Assembly: GCA_946414935.1 (NCBI GenBank)
Contig: CAMKQN010000004.1
Coordinates: 2,812 to 66,811 of the forward strand
DNA from: an uncultured Bacteroidales bacterium
Lineage (GTDB): Bacteria; Bacteroidota; Bacteroidia; Bacteroidales; UBA932
DNA: 64,000 nt
Direction of reading: 5' to 3'
Position 1 is the stretch's first letter; each line of letters opens with the position of its first letter. The notes under the pieces are model-generated. The model was not told the DNA's origin and searched no databases. It saw only the letters and a program-made list of their open reading frames with translations. Below, piece after piece: positions 19,516 to 29,397 of the stretch. The position numbers were made by a program, and so were the translations under genes.

Positions 19516-20510
19516 CAGTCACCCGCGGCCTCCTGTCCGCTTGCTTCTTTCTCAATATCAACCTGATAGGTACTGGTCACAAAGCGTACCGCCAGGGGCA
19601 GGGCTTCCGCGTTCTCCTCGTCGGTGGCCAAATGCTTGGCGAATTTTACGAAGTCCGCCCGTTCGAAGAGGTCCTTGAGCGAGCCAAACATCTCCGGCGT
19701 AATGTCCTTGTCCCCCTTCAGGGCGTCGAACAGCTCGGCGGTGGTCATTTCCGGAGCATCAACCCCGAAGCGGTCGTCCATATAGAACTTGAGGGCATCG
19801 GTGATACCGGAATAGAAACTCTTCTGCTTGTCCGGAGCCCAATAATGCTTGGAACGATACTTCTCCAGCTCCCGCAGCGCCACCACGTACGCAGGGTCCT
19901 TGGGCTTGCCTTCCTGCGCCTTGCGTTCCCGGGCTTTGGAGATAGCCCGTATGAGCACCAGCAACATGGCAGCCAGCAGCAAGCCTCCGGCTATCCACGG
20001 AAGCACTTCTTTGAAAGTGACTGGATATTTTATCTGGCCCTTGATATCGTGAATGACAAAGGTGGCGGTATCCACAGGCATGGTCTTTACCTCCATTTCC
20101 AAACCTTTGAAAACCAGAGTATCCGCTTTGTCTCCGAATGTTTTGACAACCGGTATGTCGGGAAGTACGTAACGTCCTTCTTCAAACGGGGCAATGACGA
20201 TGGATGCCCTCAGGCTGAAAGGCTTGAGCAAAATCTTGGAGGCGGATTTGGCATCCCTTGAACGGACCTCTTTCCCGCGTACAAGCGTGTCCAGCTGCCA
20301 GCCGCCGATGATGGTAAGCGTATCGTTGCCAACCGCGCTGAAATCCGGCAGGGCGATTGCGGTACCCGCTTCCACCCCGTCCAGGGTTACCCCGTAGCGC
20401 AGCTGGTCGGCGACCAGTATGGAATCCCGCTTCTGGAGCTGCTGCAAGACAGCATCTCCGGACGGAATAATGTCCATCACCGCCGCCAATATTATCGTGA
20501 GTAGTTTCAT
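19515..20510 (-). CDS. Conserved single-TM protein of the bat locus
   Basis: Position between DUF58 and batA; IHDIKG, TM helix, EMTTAEL, ADFVKFAK. Confidence 0.75.
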   Translation of the reverse strand: MKLLTIILAAVMDIIPSGDAVLQQLQKRDSILVADQLRYGVTLDGVEAGTAIALPDFSAVGNDTLTIIGGWQLDTLVRGKEVRSRDAKSASKILLKPFSLRASIVIAPFEEGRYVLPDIPVVKTFGDKADTLVFKGLEMEVKTMPVDTATFVIHDIKGQIKYPVTFKEVLPWIAGGLLLAAMLLVLIRAISKARERKAQEGKPKDPAYVVALRELEKYRSKHYWAPDKQKSFYSGITDALKFYMDDRFGVDAPEMTTAELFDALKGDKDITPEMFGSLKDLFERADFVKFAKHLATDEENAEALPLAVRFVTSTYQVDIEKEASGQEAAGD

Positions 20511-21388
20511 TTATGAGCAAAAAGTGCCATCAGGCCTTTCACATAATCCTGGTCGGTGGCTATATCTACACTGTCTATCTGATACTTGTTGAAGAGTTTC
20601 TCTTCTTTCTGCGAAAGGTCACGGAACCATTCGGAATAAGCGTTCCGGACCCTGGCGGAGTCGGTATTGACCCATGCCGCACGTCCGCTTTCGGCATCCT
20701 TGATGTGTACCAGTCCCACGGGCACCAGTCCCTGCTCGCGCGGATCGTGTACTTTGATTACCGATATGGCATGACGGCCGGCCGCCACTTTGAGAGCCTC
20801 CTCGTAGCGCGGGCTTCCGTCCTGGGTTACATCGATCATATCGCTGAGTATGAATGCAGTACACTTTTTCTTGATGGCGTTGGTAAGGAAACGCAGGGCG
20901 CCCGAGATATCGGTACCGTCGGAACTTGGTTCCAACTGGAGCATCTCCCGAATTATGTGCAGCAGATGGCTGCGCCCCTTTTTGGGCGGGATAAACTTCT
21001 CTACATGGTCGCTGAAAAACAGAGCCCCGACTTTGTCGTTGTTGAGAATGGCGCTGAAACTCAGCACAGCGGCTATCTCCGCTATACGTTCCCGCTTCGT
21101 CTGCCCCGAGGTTCCGAACAAGCCGGACCGGCTCACGTCCACAAGCAGCACCACGGTAAGTTCGCGCTCTTCTTCAAACACCTTCACGTAAGGACTGCGC
21201 AGCCGGGCGGTAACATTCCAGTCCATGGAACGAACGTCGTCTCCCCACTGGTACTCGCGCACCTCGCTGAACGCCATACCCCGCCCTTTGAAAGCCGAAT
21301 GGTACTCTCCGGCGAAGATCTGGTGCGACAAAGCCTTCGTCTTTATCTCGATTTTCCGGACTTTCTTGAGTAATTCCTCGGTTGTCAT
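20507..21388 (-). CDS. DUF58 (VWA-like) protein, MoxR partner
   Basis: FKGRGMAFSEVREYQWGDDVRSMDWNVTAR; start reassigned to ATG 21388. Confidence 0.92.
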   Translation of the reverse strand: MTTEELLKKVRKIEIKTKALSHQIFAGEYHSAFKGRGMAFSEVREYQWGDDVRSMDWNVTARLRSPYVKVFEEERELTVVLLVDVSRSGLFGTSGQTKRERIAEIAAVLSFSAILNNDKVGALFFSDHVEKFIPPKKGRSHLLHIIREMLQLEPSSDGTDISGALRFLTNAIKKKCTAFILSDMIDVTQDGSPRYEEALKVAAGRHAISVIKVHDPREQGLVPVGLVHIKDAESGRAAWVNTDSARVRNAYSEWFRDLSQKEEKLFNKYQIDSVDIATDQDYVKGLMALFAHK

Positions 21389-21395
21389 AACAGTA

Positions 21396-22388
21396 TTACG
21401 GCACAATCACCGCATTGAGCACCTTTTCGACAATCTGTTCAGGGGTAACATTCTCTGCTTCAGCTTCATAGCTAAGCCCGATACGGTGCCTCAACACTTC
21501 GTAGCACACCGCCCTCACATCTTCGGGGATTACGTATCCGCGCCGCTTGATAAAGGCATAGGCCTTAGCCGCAAGGCTCAGGGAAATGCTCGCACGCGGA
21601 GAAGCTCCGAAACTGATAAAATTCTCTATCTCTCCGAGACCGTAATCCTTGGGCGTACGGGTAGCATAAACTATATCGACTATGTAGCGCTCTATCTTTT
21701 CGTCCATGTAAACCTCGCGCACGAGCTTGCGGGCACGCACTATGTCTTCCGGGTTTACTACCGCGTTGGGCTGGGGGAATTCCCCGCTGTTGTTCATACG
21801 GACTATGAGCTTCTCCTCTTCCTTCTTGGGATACTTCACGATGCACTTGAGCATGAAGCGGTCCACCTGAGCTTCCGGCAGAGGGTATGTGCCTTCCTGC
21901 TCGACCGGGTTCTGTGTGGCCATCACCAGGAACGGCTCGGGGAGCTTGTAGGTCTGGTCGCCGAGGGTAACCTGGCGCTCCTGCATTGCCTCCAGCAGTG
22001 CAGACTGCACTTTTGCAGGGGCACGGTTGATTTCATCTGCCAGCACGAAGTTGGCGAAGACGGGACCTTTATGGACCTCAAATTCCTCTTTCTTCTGGGA
22101 ATAGATAAGGGTACCGGTAACGTCGGCAGGCAAGAGGTCCGGAGTAAACTGAATACGGCTGAACTTGGCGTTTATGGCCTTTGACAAGGTGCTTATAGCC
22201 AGGGTTTTGGCCAAGCCTGGCATACCTTCCAGGAGAATGTGGCCGTCGGCCAGAAGGGCAATCATAAGATTCTCCACGAGGCTTTTCTGTCCCACTATTA
22301 CCTTGCCCATTTCAAGTGACAAAATGTCCACGAACTCGCTCTCTTTCTGAATCCGTTCGTTGAGTTCCTTGATGTTTACGCTTTCCAT
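21396..22388 (-). CDS. moxR: MoxR family AAA+ ATPase
   Basis: GMPGLAKT, RIQFTPDLLPAD, DEINRAPAKVQSALLEAM, GASPRA. Confidence 0.95.
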   Translation of the reverse strand: MESVNIKELNERIQKESEFVDILSLEMGKVIVGQKSLVENLMIALLADGHILLEGMPGLAKTLAISTLSKAINAKFSRIQFTPDLLPADVTGTLIYSQKKEEFEVHKGPVFANFVLADEINRAPAKVQSALLEAMQERQVTLGDQTYKLPEPFLVMATQNPVEQEGTYPLPEAQVDRFMLKCIVKYPKKEEEKLIVRMNNSGEFPQPNAVVNPEDIVRARKLVREVYMDEKIERYIVDIVYATRTPKDYGLGEIENFISFGASPRASISLSLAAKAYAFIKRRGYVIPEDVRAVCYEVLRHRIGLSYEAEAENVTPEQIVEKVLNAVIVP

Positions 22389-22446
22389 TATGTGTTATTT
22401 TTGTCTGGTTTCGTTGTTTCGCACAACGATTGTGCGCGTATAATTA

Positions 22447-22462
22447 TGCAAAAAATGTGCCC
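22447..22462 (-). promoter_or_regulatory. Putative sigma54 (-24/-12) promoter for the moxR-bat operon
   Basis: - strand GGGCACATTTTTTGCA = GG-N10-GC, near consensus TGGCAC-N5-TTGCA, about 60 bp upstream of the moxR ATG. Confidence 0.6.
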
Positions 22463-22536
22463 GTCACTACACTTGCCTCAGGCACGGTTTTAGATGCGAA
22501 AGACCATGAAATTGATGCAAAGTCAGCAAAAATTGT

Positions 22537-22544
22537 TATATTTG
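22537..22544 (+). promoter_or_regulatory. -7 promoter box for the exbB operon
   Basis: TATATTTG ending 22 nt upstream of ATG 22567. Confidence 0.6.
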
Positions 22545-22566
22545 TAGGTTAATGATTTTTTGAGAT

Positions 22567-23271
22567 ATGCTAAGTTACTTACTTCAGGCCGATATCGTGG
22601 ACGCGGTTCAGGCCGCTCCCGTTCAGCAGGAGATGTCTTACTCCCTTATCGACATGGCCACCAAGGGCGGCTGGCTGATGCTTGTCCTGCTTGCACTTTC
22701 CATCATCGCCATATTCATTTTCGGTAAGAAATGGTGGATGATACGCCAGGCTTCCAAGATAGACAAGGACTTCATGATGGACATACGGGATTATATCCAC
22801 GACGGCAAAATCAAGTCTGCAAAAACCCTGTGCGGCAAATTCGACACTCCGGTGGCACGCATGGTGGAAAGCGGAATCGACCGTATCAACAAGCCTCTCG
22901 GGGACATCCAGACCGCTATCGAAAACGTGGGCAACGTGGAAGTGGCCCGTCTGGAGAAAGGTCTCCCCTATCTCGCGATGATAGCAGGAGGCGCCCCCAT
23001 GATAGGATTCCTGGGTACGGTCATCGGTATGGTGCAGGCCTTCTTCAATATGTCCCAGGCAGGCAACAACATCGACATTACCTTGCTCTCCAGCGGCATC
23101 TACACCGCAATGATAACCACCGTGGGAGGCCTCATCGTGGGCATCATCGCCTACTTCGGCTACAACTACCTCACATCAAAGGTATCCAACGTGGTATTCC
23201 AGATGGAAAGCAGCACCATAGAGTTTATGGACCTGCTTGAAGAACCGCAAGTTGTTAAAGAAGAAGACTGA
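22567..23271 (+). CDS. exbB: MotA/TolQ/ExbB proton channel protein
   Basis: GAPMIGFLGTVIGM, AMITTVGGLIVGI. Confidence 0.92.
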   Translation: MLSYLLQADIVDAVQAAPVQQEMSYSLIDMATKGGWLMLVLLALSIIAIFIFGKKWWMIRQASKIDKDFMMDIRDYIHDGKIKSAKTLCGKFDTPVARMVESGIDRINKPLGDIQTAIENVGNVEVARLEKGLPYLAMIAGGAPMIGFLGTVIGMVQAFFNMSQAGNNIDITLLSSGIYTAMITTVGGLIVGIIAYFGYNYLTSKVSNVVFQMESSTIEFMDLLEEPQVVKEED

Positions 23272-23681
23272 TGGCACTCAAGCGTATCACAAAGGCAGAT
23301 CCGAATATGTCTATGTCCAGCATGACGGACATAGTGTTCCTGCTGCTCATTTTCTTCCTGGTGACATCAACCCTGGTGAACCCGAACGCGCTTAAGCTCC
23401 TGCTGCCCAAGAGTACCGGGCAGGTAGGCGCCAAGGCCACGGTTACCGTGTCCATTAAAGACTGGGGCGAGGAGCAATATACCTTCCACGTGAACGGGGA
23501 CGAAAACCCTCTGCCGCTTGAGCAGGTGGAAGACGAGCTTGTGGAACTCCTTCAGACCGAGGAAGATCCCACCTTTTCCATACACTCCGACGAGAGCGTC
23601 CCTATCAAAGAGATTGTGCAGGTGATGAATATCGCCAAACGCAACCACTATAAAGTCATCCTGGCAACGCAACCCGAATGA
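23271..23681 (+). CDS. exbD: ExbD/TolR biopolymer transport protein
   Basis: SMTDIVFLLLIFF with conserved Asp. Confidence 0.92.
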   Translation: MALKRITKADPNMSMSSMTDIVFLLLIFFLVTSTLVNPNALKLLLPKSTGQVGAKATVTVSIKDWGEEQYTFHVNGDENPLPLEQVEDELVELLQTEEDPTFSIHSDESVPIKEIVQVMNIAKRNHYKVILATQPE

Positions 23682-24460
23682 AACAGTACCTTCGCGAACG
23701 TAACGAAAGAGAGCGCAATTCTCTTGTGACCGGTATCATCATGACGCTGGCCGTGCACGCCTGCGCCTTCGTCTGCGTTTCGTTCACCGGCATAAAGTAC
23801 CTCTATCCGCCGCCTGCCGAAACCACCTTCCTTCTGGATTTCGAAGAAGAAGTGGAAGAGCCCGAGCAGAAAACCGGACGGGAGCCCCGCGGAGAAGATG
23901 TTGACCCGGAAAAAACCATAGAACTGGTACAGCGCAGCGAGGCGCCCGAAGTCTCCAAAAAGCCCAACCTCACCCCAGCCGCCAAGCCGGACACCCACGG
24001 AGACGTGGAAGTACCTGAGCCGCCGCGCGAGGAAGAGCCCAAACTGGACCCCAGGGCAAGCTTCCCCGGAATGGGAAAGAAAGACACCACTTTAACGGCA
24101 GGGCATACGGCCGCGGAAGGTTCCACCGAATTCAAGGCCGGGCAGCCCACAGGCAACGTCAACAAGGGCAACACGGACGGAGCTCCCAATGCTCATCTGG
24201 AGGGCCGTCACGTAGATAAAGCAGGCCTAAAGAAGCCGGTATATTCCACCCAGGAAAGCGGGAAAGTGGTGGTAAAAATCTGGGTTGACCAGTACGGGAA
24301 AGTGCAGAAGGCAGTACCCGGAGCTGACGGGACCACCGTCACGGACAAGAATCTCTGGACAGCCGCCCGAAATGCAGCACTTGAGACCGGTTTCAACATG
24401 AGTTCAAACGCCCCTGCTTTGCAAGAGGGCACCATAACATACATTTTTAACCTGAAATGA
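23678..24460 (+). CDS. tonB: TonB-like energy transducer
   Basis: N-terminal TM with His, Pro/Glu-rich linker, C-terminal GKVVVKIWVDQYGKV...GTITYIF. Confidence 0.82.
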   Translation: MKQYLRERNERERNSLVTGIIMTLAVHACAFVCVSFTGIKYLYPPPAETTFLLDFEEEVEEPEQKTGREPRGEDVDPEKTIELVQRSEAPEVSKKPNLTPAAKPDTHGDVEVPEPPREEEPKLDPRASFPGMGKKDTTLTAGHTAAEGSTEFKAGQPTGNVNKGNTDGAPNAHLEGRHVDKAGLKKPVYSTQESGKVVVKIWVDQYGKVQKAVPGADGTTVTDKNLWTAARNAALETGFNMSSNAPALQEGTITYIFNLK

Positions 24461-24492
24461 TGACGTGAGTCATCGCATTATTACCTAAAGCA

Positions 24493-25776
24493 ATGGATGG
24501 TTTTTCTAAAGACGGCCGCAAACTTAGACCACGGAAAACTGCAGCAGGTGCTGTACGTTCCGAAAAAGTAGATTTTCAATCTTCCGGCGAAGGACGCCCC
24601 TACGGAGAGCGCAGGCCCCGCCAGTACGGTGAAAGCCGCCCTTACGGCGAGCGCAAGCCGCATGGCGAGCACAGGACCTATGGGGACAAACCCTATGGTG
24701 AGCGCAGGCCATACGGCGAAAACAAAGCTTATGGCGAACGCAAACCGCGCCAGTATGGAGAAGGACGACAGTACGGCGAGGGACGTCAGTATGGCGAGAG
24801 CAATCCCTACGGCGAACGCAAACCCCGCCAGTACGGCGAGAACCGCCCCTATGGTGAGCGCAAGTCCCGTCCTGCAGGAGAAAGCCGCCACTACGGCGAG
24901 CACAAAACTTTCGGAGCGCCCAAGAAGGGCCCCAAGCGCCCGCAGGGCAAGCCTCATTTCACCAAATCTTCCGAGGAAGGCATCAACCGCATGATCAGCC
25001 GCCGTCCCCAGGTGACCAACAGCTATGACGGCCCGGCATACGAACCCGAGACCATACAGAACGAGATTCGCCTCAACCGCTTCATCGCCAATTCCGGAGT
25101 ATGCTCACGCCGTGAGGCCGACACCTTTATCCAGGCGGGCTGCGTTACGGTCAACGGAGAAGTCATAACCGAACTCGGCACCAAGGTGAATATCTTTGAA
25201 GACGACGTGCGCTTCAACGGAGAGCGCCTGAAAGGAGAGAGCAAGGTGTACCTGGTGATGAACAAGCCAAAAGGCTACGTCACATCTGCTTCCGACCCCC
25301 ACGCGGACAAGACTGTCATGGATCTGCTTAAGAACTGCCCTACGCGCGTCTATCCCGTGGGCAGATTGGACAAAGCTACGACCGGAGTCCTTATGTTCAC
25401 CAACGACGGGGAAATAGCGGAGCGCCTCACCCACCCTTCCTACGACAAGAAAAAGATTTACCAGGTTTCCCTGGACCGCAGCCTCAGCCAGGAGGACTAC
25501 GACAAGATTGTGGACGGAATAACCCTCGGGGACGGATTCATCCGCGCAGACGAACTCGAATTCGTAGATGAGAACGACCATAGCAAACTCGGCATCGAGA
25601 TACATTCCGGCAAGAACCGCATCGTCCGCCGCATCTTCGAGTCCCTGGGCTATACCGTAAAAGCGCTGGACCGCGTGTACTTCGCAGGCCTCACCAAGAA
25701 GGGGCTGAAGAAAGGTGAATGGCGCTATCTGTCAGAGAGTGAAGTAAATATGCTCAAGATGGGAGCCTACGTATAA
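24493..25776 (+). CDS. RsuA/RluB-family rRNA pseudouridine synthase with S4 domain and repetitive N-terminal extension
   Basis: RLNRFIANSGVCSRREAD, NKPKGY, VGRLD, GKNRIVRR. Confidence 0.92.
   Translation: MDGFSKDGRKLRPRKTAAGAVRSEKVDFQSSGEGRPYGERRPRQYGESRPYGERKPHGEHRTYGDKPYGERRPYGENKAYGERKPRQYGEGRQYGEGRQYGESNPYGERKPRQYGENRPYGERKSRPAGESRHYGEHKTFGAPKKGPKRPQGKPHFTKSSEEGINRMISRRPQVTNSYDGPAYEPETIQNEIRLNRFIANSGVCSRREADTFIQAGCVTVNGEVITELGTKVNIFEDDVRFNGERLKGESKVYLVMNKPKGYVTSASDPHADKTVMDLLKNCPTRVYPVGRLDKATTGVLMFTNDGEIAERLTHPSYDKKKIYQVSLDRSLSQEDYDKIVDGITLGDGFIRADELEFVDENDHSKLGIEIHSGKNRIVRRIFESLGYTVKALDRVYFAGLTKKGLKKGEWRYLSESEVNMLKMGAYV
24595..24906 (+). repeat. Degenerate coding repeat of YG[ED]-x-[RK]-P units
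   Basis: 13 YGE plus one YGD in about 105 aa; recurring tacggcga/tatggcga. Confidence 0.85.
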
Positions 25777-26657
25777 TGGAGCACCGTTCCGGATTCGTAA
25801 ATATTATCGGCAACCCCAATGTGGGTAAATCCACGCTGATGAATGCGCTGGTGGGAGAGAAGCTGTCCATCGTAACGGCCAAGGCCCAGACCACCCGCCA
25901 CCGCATCATGGGCATAGTGAACGGTGACGACTGGCAGATTGTCTATTCCGACACTCCGGGAATACTTAAGCCCTCCTACAGGCTGCAGCAGAACATGATG
26001 AACTTCGTGGACGGAGCCCTGGGCGACGCGGACATCATCCTGTATGTGACGGACACAGTGGAAACTCCCGACAAGAACGAAGAATACGTAAACAAGCTGC
26101 AACGTATTCAATGTCCTGTGATAGTGGTACTTAACAAGATTGACATCAGCGATCAGGCCAGGGTTATGGAACTTGTGGGCTGGTGGAAGGAGCAACTGCC
26201 CCAGGCAGAAATAATCCCCGCCAGCGCCCAGGAACGCTTCAACCTGGACAGCATACTCGATGCTGTTGTAAGCCGCCTTCCTGTGTGTCCGCCCTGGTTC
26301 GACAAAGACGCCTTCACGGATAAGAACCTGCGCTTTTTCGCCTCCGAGATCATCCGGGAAAAGATATTGCTCAACTACAAGGAAGAGATCCCTTACAGTT
26401 GCGAAGTAGGCATAGAGTCGTTCAAGGAAGGGGCAGAGCGCTACGACATAGATGCCGTAATCTATGTAATGCGTGAGTCCCAGAAGGGTATCATTATCGG
26501 CAAGAAGGGCGCCGCACTCAAGAAAGTAGGCACCCAGGCCCGCATTGAGATGGAAGATTTCTTCCAGAAGAAGGTATTCCTGAGCATCTTCGTAAAGGTG
26601 GATCCCGACTGGAGGGAAAACAAACGTGAATTACGCCGTTTCGGCTACGAGGATTAG
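25776..26657 (+). CDS. era: GTPase Era
   Basis: GNPNVGKST, QTTR, DTPG, NKID, EIPYS, KH domain GIIIGKKG. Confidence 0.96.
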   Translation: MEHRSGFVNIIGNPNVGKSTLMNALVGEKLSIVTAKAQTTRHRIMGIVNGDDWQIVYSDTPGILKPSYRLQQNMMNFVDGALGDADIILYVTDTVETPDKNEEYVNKLQRIQCPVIVVLNKIDISDQARVMELVGWWKEQLPQAEIIPASAQERFNLDSILDAVVSRLPVCPPWFDKDAFTDKNLRFFASEIIREKILLNYKEEIPYSCEVGIESFKEGAERYDIDAVIYVMRESQKGIIIGKKGAALKKVGTQARIEMEDFFQKKVFLSIFVKVDPDWRENKRELRRFGYED

Positions 26658-26662
26658 AAGAT

Positions 26663-29395
26663 ATGGAAGAAGAGAATATTGTTACCGAAGAGCTCATCGA
26701 AGACGATGATATTGAAATCGCGGAAGACGCTGAGTCGAGCGGCAAATATACAAAGCTTCTGGAAGGCGATGCACATAAGTTCAAGCTTTCCGGGATGTTC
26801 AAGGACTGGTACCTGGATTACGCTTCCTACGTTATCCTCCACCGTGCCGTTCCCCATATAGCAGACGGCCTGAAGCCAGTACAGAGGCGCGTGCTGCATG
26901 TTATGAGCAAGATGGATGACGGCTCATACACCAAAGTCGCCAATATCGTAGGCCAGGCGATGCAGTACCACCCCCATGGAGACCAGTCCATACTCGGCGC
27001 CCTTGTAACCCTCGGCCAGAAAGGCCTTACCGTTGACTGTCAGGGTAACTGGGGCAATATTCTCACCGGCGATTCCAACGCGGCACCCCGTTACATCGAA
27101 GCCCGCCTCAGCAAGTTTGCGAAGGATGTACTCTTCGACCCGAAGGTGACGCACACCATGAAATCCTACGACGGCCGCAACGACGAGCCTACCGAACTGC
27201 CCGTGCGTTTCCCCCTGCTCCTTGCCCAGGGTACCGACGGCATAGGCGTAGGCCTTGCGTCCAAAATACTGCCGCATAATTTTAACGAGTTGATGGATGC
27301 ATCCGTTGCTATCCTGGAAGGCAAGTCGTATGAACTATACCCCGACTTTCCCACCGGAGGCTATGCAGACTGCTCCAAATACATGCAAGGCAAGCGCGGC
27401 GGCCGCGTGAAAGTGCGCGCGCGGATTGAGAAAATCGACAAAAACACCATAGCCATTACCGAGATCCCCTTCGGAAAATACACTAAGGACCTCATCGATT
27501 CCATACTGAAGGCAAAAGAGAAGGGCAAGATCAAGATCAAAAAAATCGAGGACATGACTACGGACAAGGTGGAAATTCTCATCCATCTGCCCGGCGACGT
27601 GTCCCCGGACAAGACCATCGACGCCCTCTACGCATTCACGGACTGCGAATGCAACCTTGCCCCGAACGCCTGCGTAATCAAGGACAACAAGCCTCAGTTC
27701 CTCACGGTCAACGACATACTGGAGTACAGCACCTTCCATACACGGGATATTCTGCTTCAGCAGTTGCACATCAAAATGGATGAACTTGAAAGAGACTGGC
27801 ACTACAGTTCCCTCGAACGCATCTACTTTGAGAACCGTATCTACAAGATACTGGAACAGGACCAGTCCAGCTGGGAAGAGCAGAAAGAGGACACGCTTGC
27901 CAAGATGAAGACCTACGAAAAAAGTCTGCGCAGGGAGATTAGCATGGAAGACATCGAGCGTCTGGTGGACAAGCCGGTCCGCAAGATTTCCAAGTTTGAC
28001 GTAAAGGCGGTTGACGAGCGTATCAAAGCCATCGAAGAAGAAATGAAGGTGGTGCAGGATAACATAGACCATATAGACCGCTTCACTATAGACTGGTTCA
28101 AAGGGCTCAAGAAGAAATACGGAAAGGAATTCCCACGGCGTACGGAACTCACTGGATTTGAAACAATTGCCGCTACAAGAGTAGTCAACAACAACGCCAA
28201 GCTGAGCGCCAACCTCGCAGAAGGCTTCGTAGGAATAGGCCTTAAGAAAGACGACGGAGGAGAGTTTATCAGCGAATGTTCCGACTTATCCGAGATAATC
28301 GTCATACGCAAGGATGGCAAGTATGTGGTTACCAAGGTCAGCGACAAAGCCTTCTTCGGGAAAGACCTCATCTACGTGGGGGTCTTCAACAGGGGAGACA
28401 GCCGTACCGTTTACAACGTAATATACAGGGAAGGAAAAACCTCGATATATTATGCCAAGCGCTTTGCCGTCACCTCCGTTACCAGGGACAAGGAATACGA
28501 CATTACCACCGGCATTGAGGGTTCCCAGATAGTATGGTTCACGGCCAACCACAACGGAGAAGCCGAGACCGTAAGGGTCCAGCTGCGGCCCAAACCGAAG
28601 CTCAAGAAGACATCCTTCGAATATGATTTCTCTTCACTAGGAATCAAGAGCAAGACCGCCCGTGGCAACCTTGTGAGCAAAAATGTGATACAACGTATCA
28701 CCCTGAAGAGCAAAGGAGTTAGCACCATATCCGGCAAACAGATATGGTACGATACTGACATCCAGAAACTTAACGATGAAGGACACGGCCAGTACCTGGG
28801 AGAGTTCAGGGATCAGGACAAGGTGCTTGCAATCTTCAAGAACGGCACTTTCTACACCACCTCCTTCGACCTCGTGAACCGCTATCAGGGCGATGTGCTC
28901 CGCATAGAAAAGTTTGATCCGGACAAGACCTTCACCGCCCTTTACTGGGATGCCGGGGTGAAGTCTTTCTACGTAAAGCGCTTCTCCTTCATTGTCAGCG
29001 ACAATACTCCTGTTTCCTTCATCTCAGAAGGTGCCAAATCCTATCTGGTGGACATCTGCGACGACCTGCATCCCCGGTATGAGGTAATATGGAAACTGGA
29101 AGACAAGCCCTCGGATTTCGTGGATGCCGAAGAATGGATAGGGAAAAAGGGCGTCGGGGCCAAGGGAAAGAAGGTCGTAGACCGCGGCGAAGTGAAGTCG
29201 GTTCGTTTTGTCAAGCCCCTTCAGAAAGAGGAAGAAGAAGTAACGGAAGCTGTAGTTGAAGAAGGAGAAGAAACCGTTGAAAAAGAATCGCCTTCAGTGA
29301 GCAGGGCAGTAAAGACGGGTGTTGAAATCAGCATCCCCGAAACTGCCGATGAAGAACCTATTGAATTGATTTTCGAAGAACCAACACTCTTTTAG
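26663..29395 (+). CDS. parC: DNA topoisomerase IV subunit A (Bacteroidetes type)
   Basis: DYASYVI..RAVP, DGLKPVQRR, YHPHGD, catalytic AAPRYIE. Confidence 0.88.
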   Translation: MEEENIVTEELIEDDDIEIAEDAESSGKYTKLLEGDAHKFKLSGMFKDWYLDYASYVILHRAVPHIADGLKPVQRRVLHVMSKMDDGSYTKVANIVGQAMQYHPHGDQSILGALVTLGQKGLTVDCQGNWGNILTGDSNAAPRYIEARLSKFAKDVLFDPKVTHTMKSYDGRNDEPTELPVRFPLLLAQGTDGIGVGLASKILPHNFNELMDASVAILEGKSYELYPDFPTGGYADCSKYMQGKRGGRVKVRARIEKIDKNTIAITEIPFGKYTKDLIDSILKAKEKGKIKIKKIEDMTTDKVEILIHLPGDVSPDKTIDALYAFTDCECNLAPNACVIKDNKPQFLTVNDILEYSTFHTRDILLQQLHIKMDELERDWHYSSLERIYFENRIYKILEQDQSSWEEQKEDTLAKMKTYEKSLRREISMEDIERLVDKPVRKISKFDVKAVDERIKAIEEEMKVVQDNIDHIDRFTIDWFKGLKKKYGKEFPRRTELTGFETIAATRVVNNNAKLSANLAEGFVGIGLKKDDGGEFISECSDLSEIIVIRKDGKYVVTKVSDKAFFGKDLIYVGVFNRGDSRTVYNVIYREGKTSIYYAKRFAVTSVTRDKEYDITTGIEGSQIVWFTANHNGEAETVRVQLRPKPKLKKTSFEYDFSSLGIKSKTARGNLVSKNVIQRITLKSKGVSTISGKQIWYDTDIQKLNDEGHGQYLGEFRDQDKVLAIFKNGTFYTTSFDLVNRYQGDVLRIEKFDPDKTFTALYWDAGVKSFYVKRFSFIVSDNTPVSFISEGAKSYLVDICDDLHPRYEVIWKLEDKPSDFVDAEEWIGKKGVGAKGKKVVDRGEVKSVRFVKPLQKEEEEVTEAVVEEGEETVEKESPSVSRAVKTGVEISIPETADEEPIELIFEEPTLF

Positions 29396-29397
29396 TT

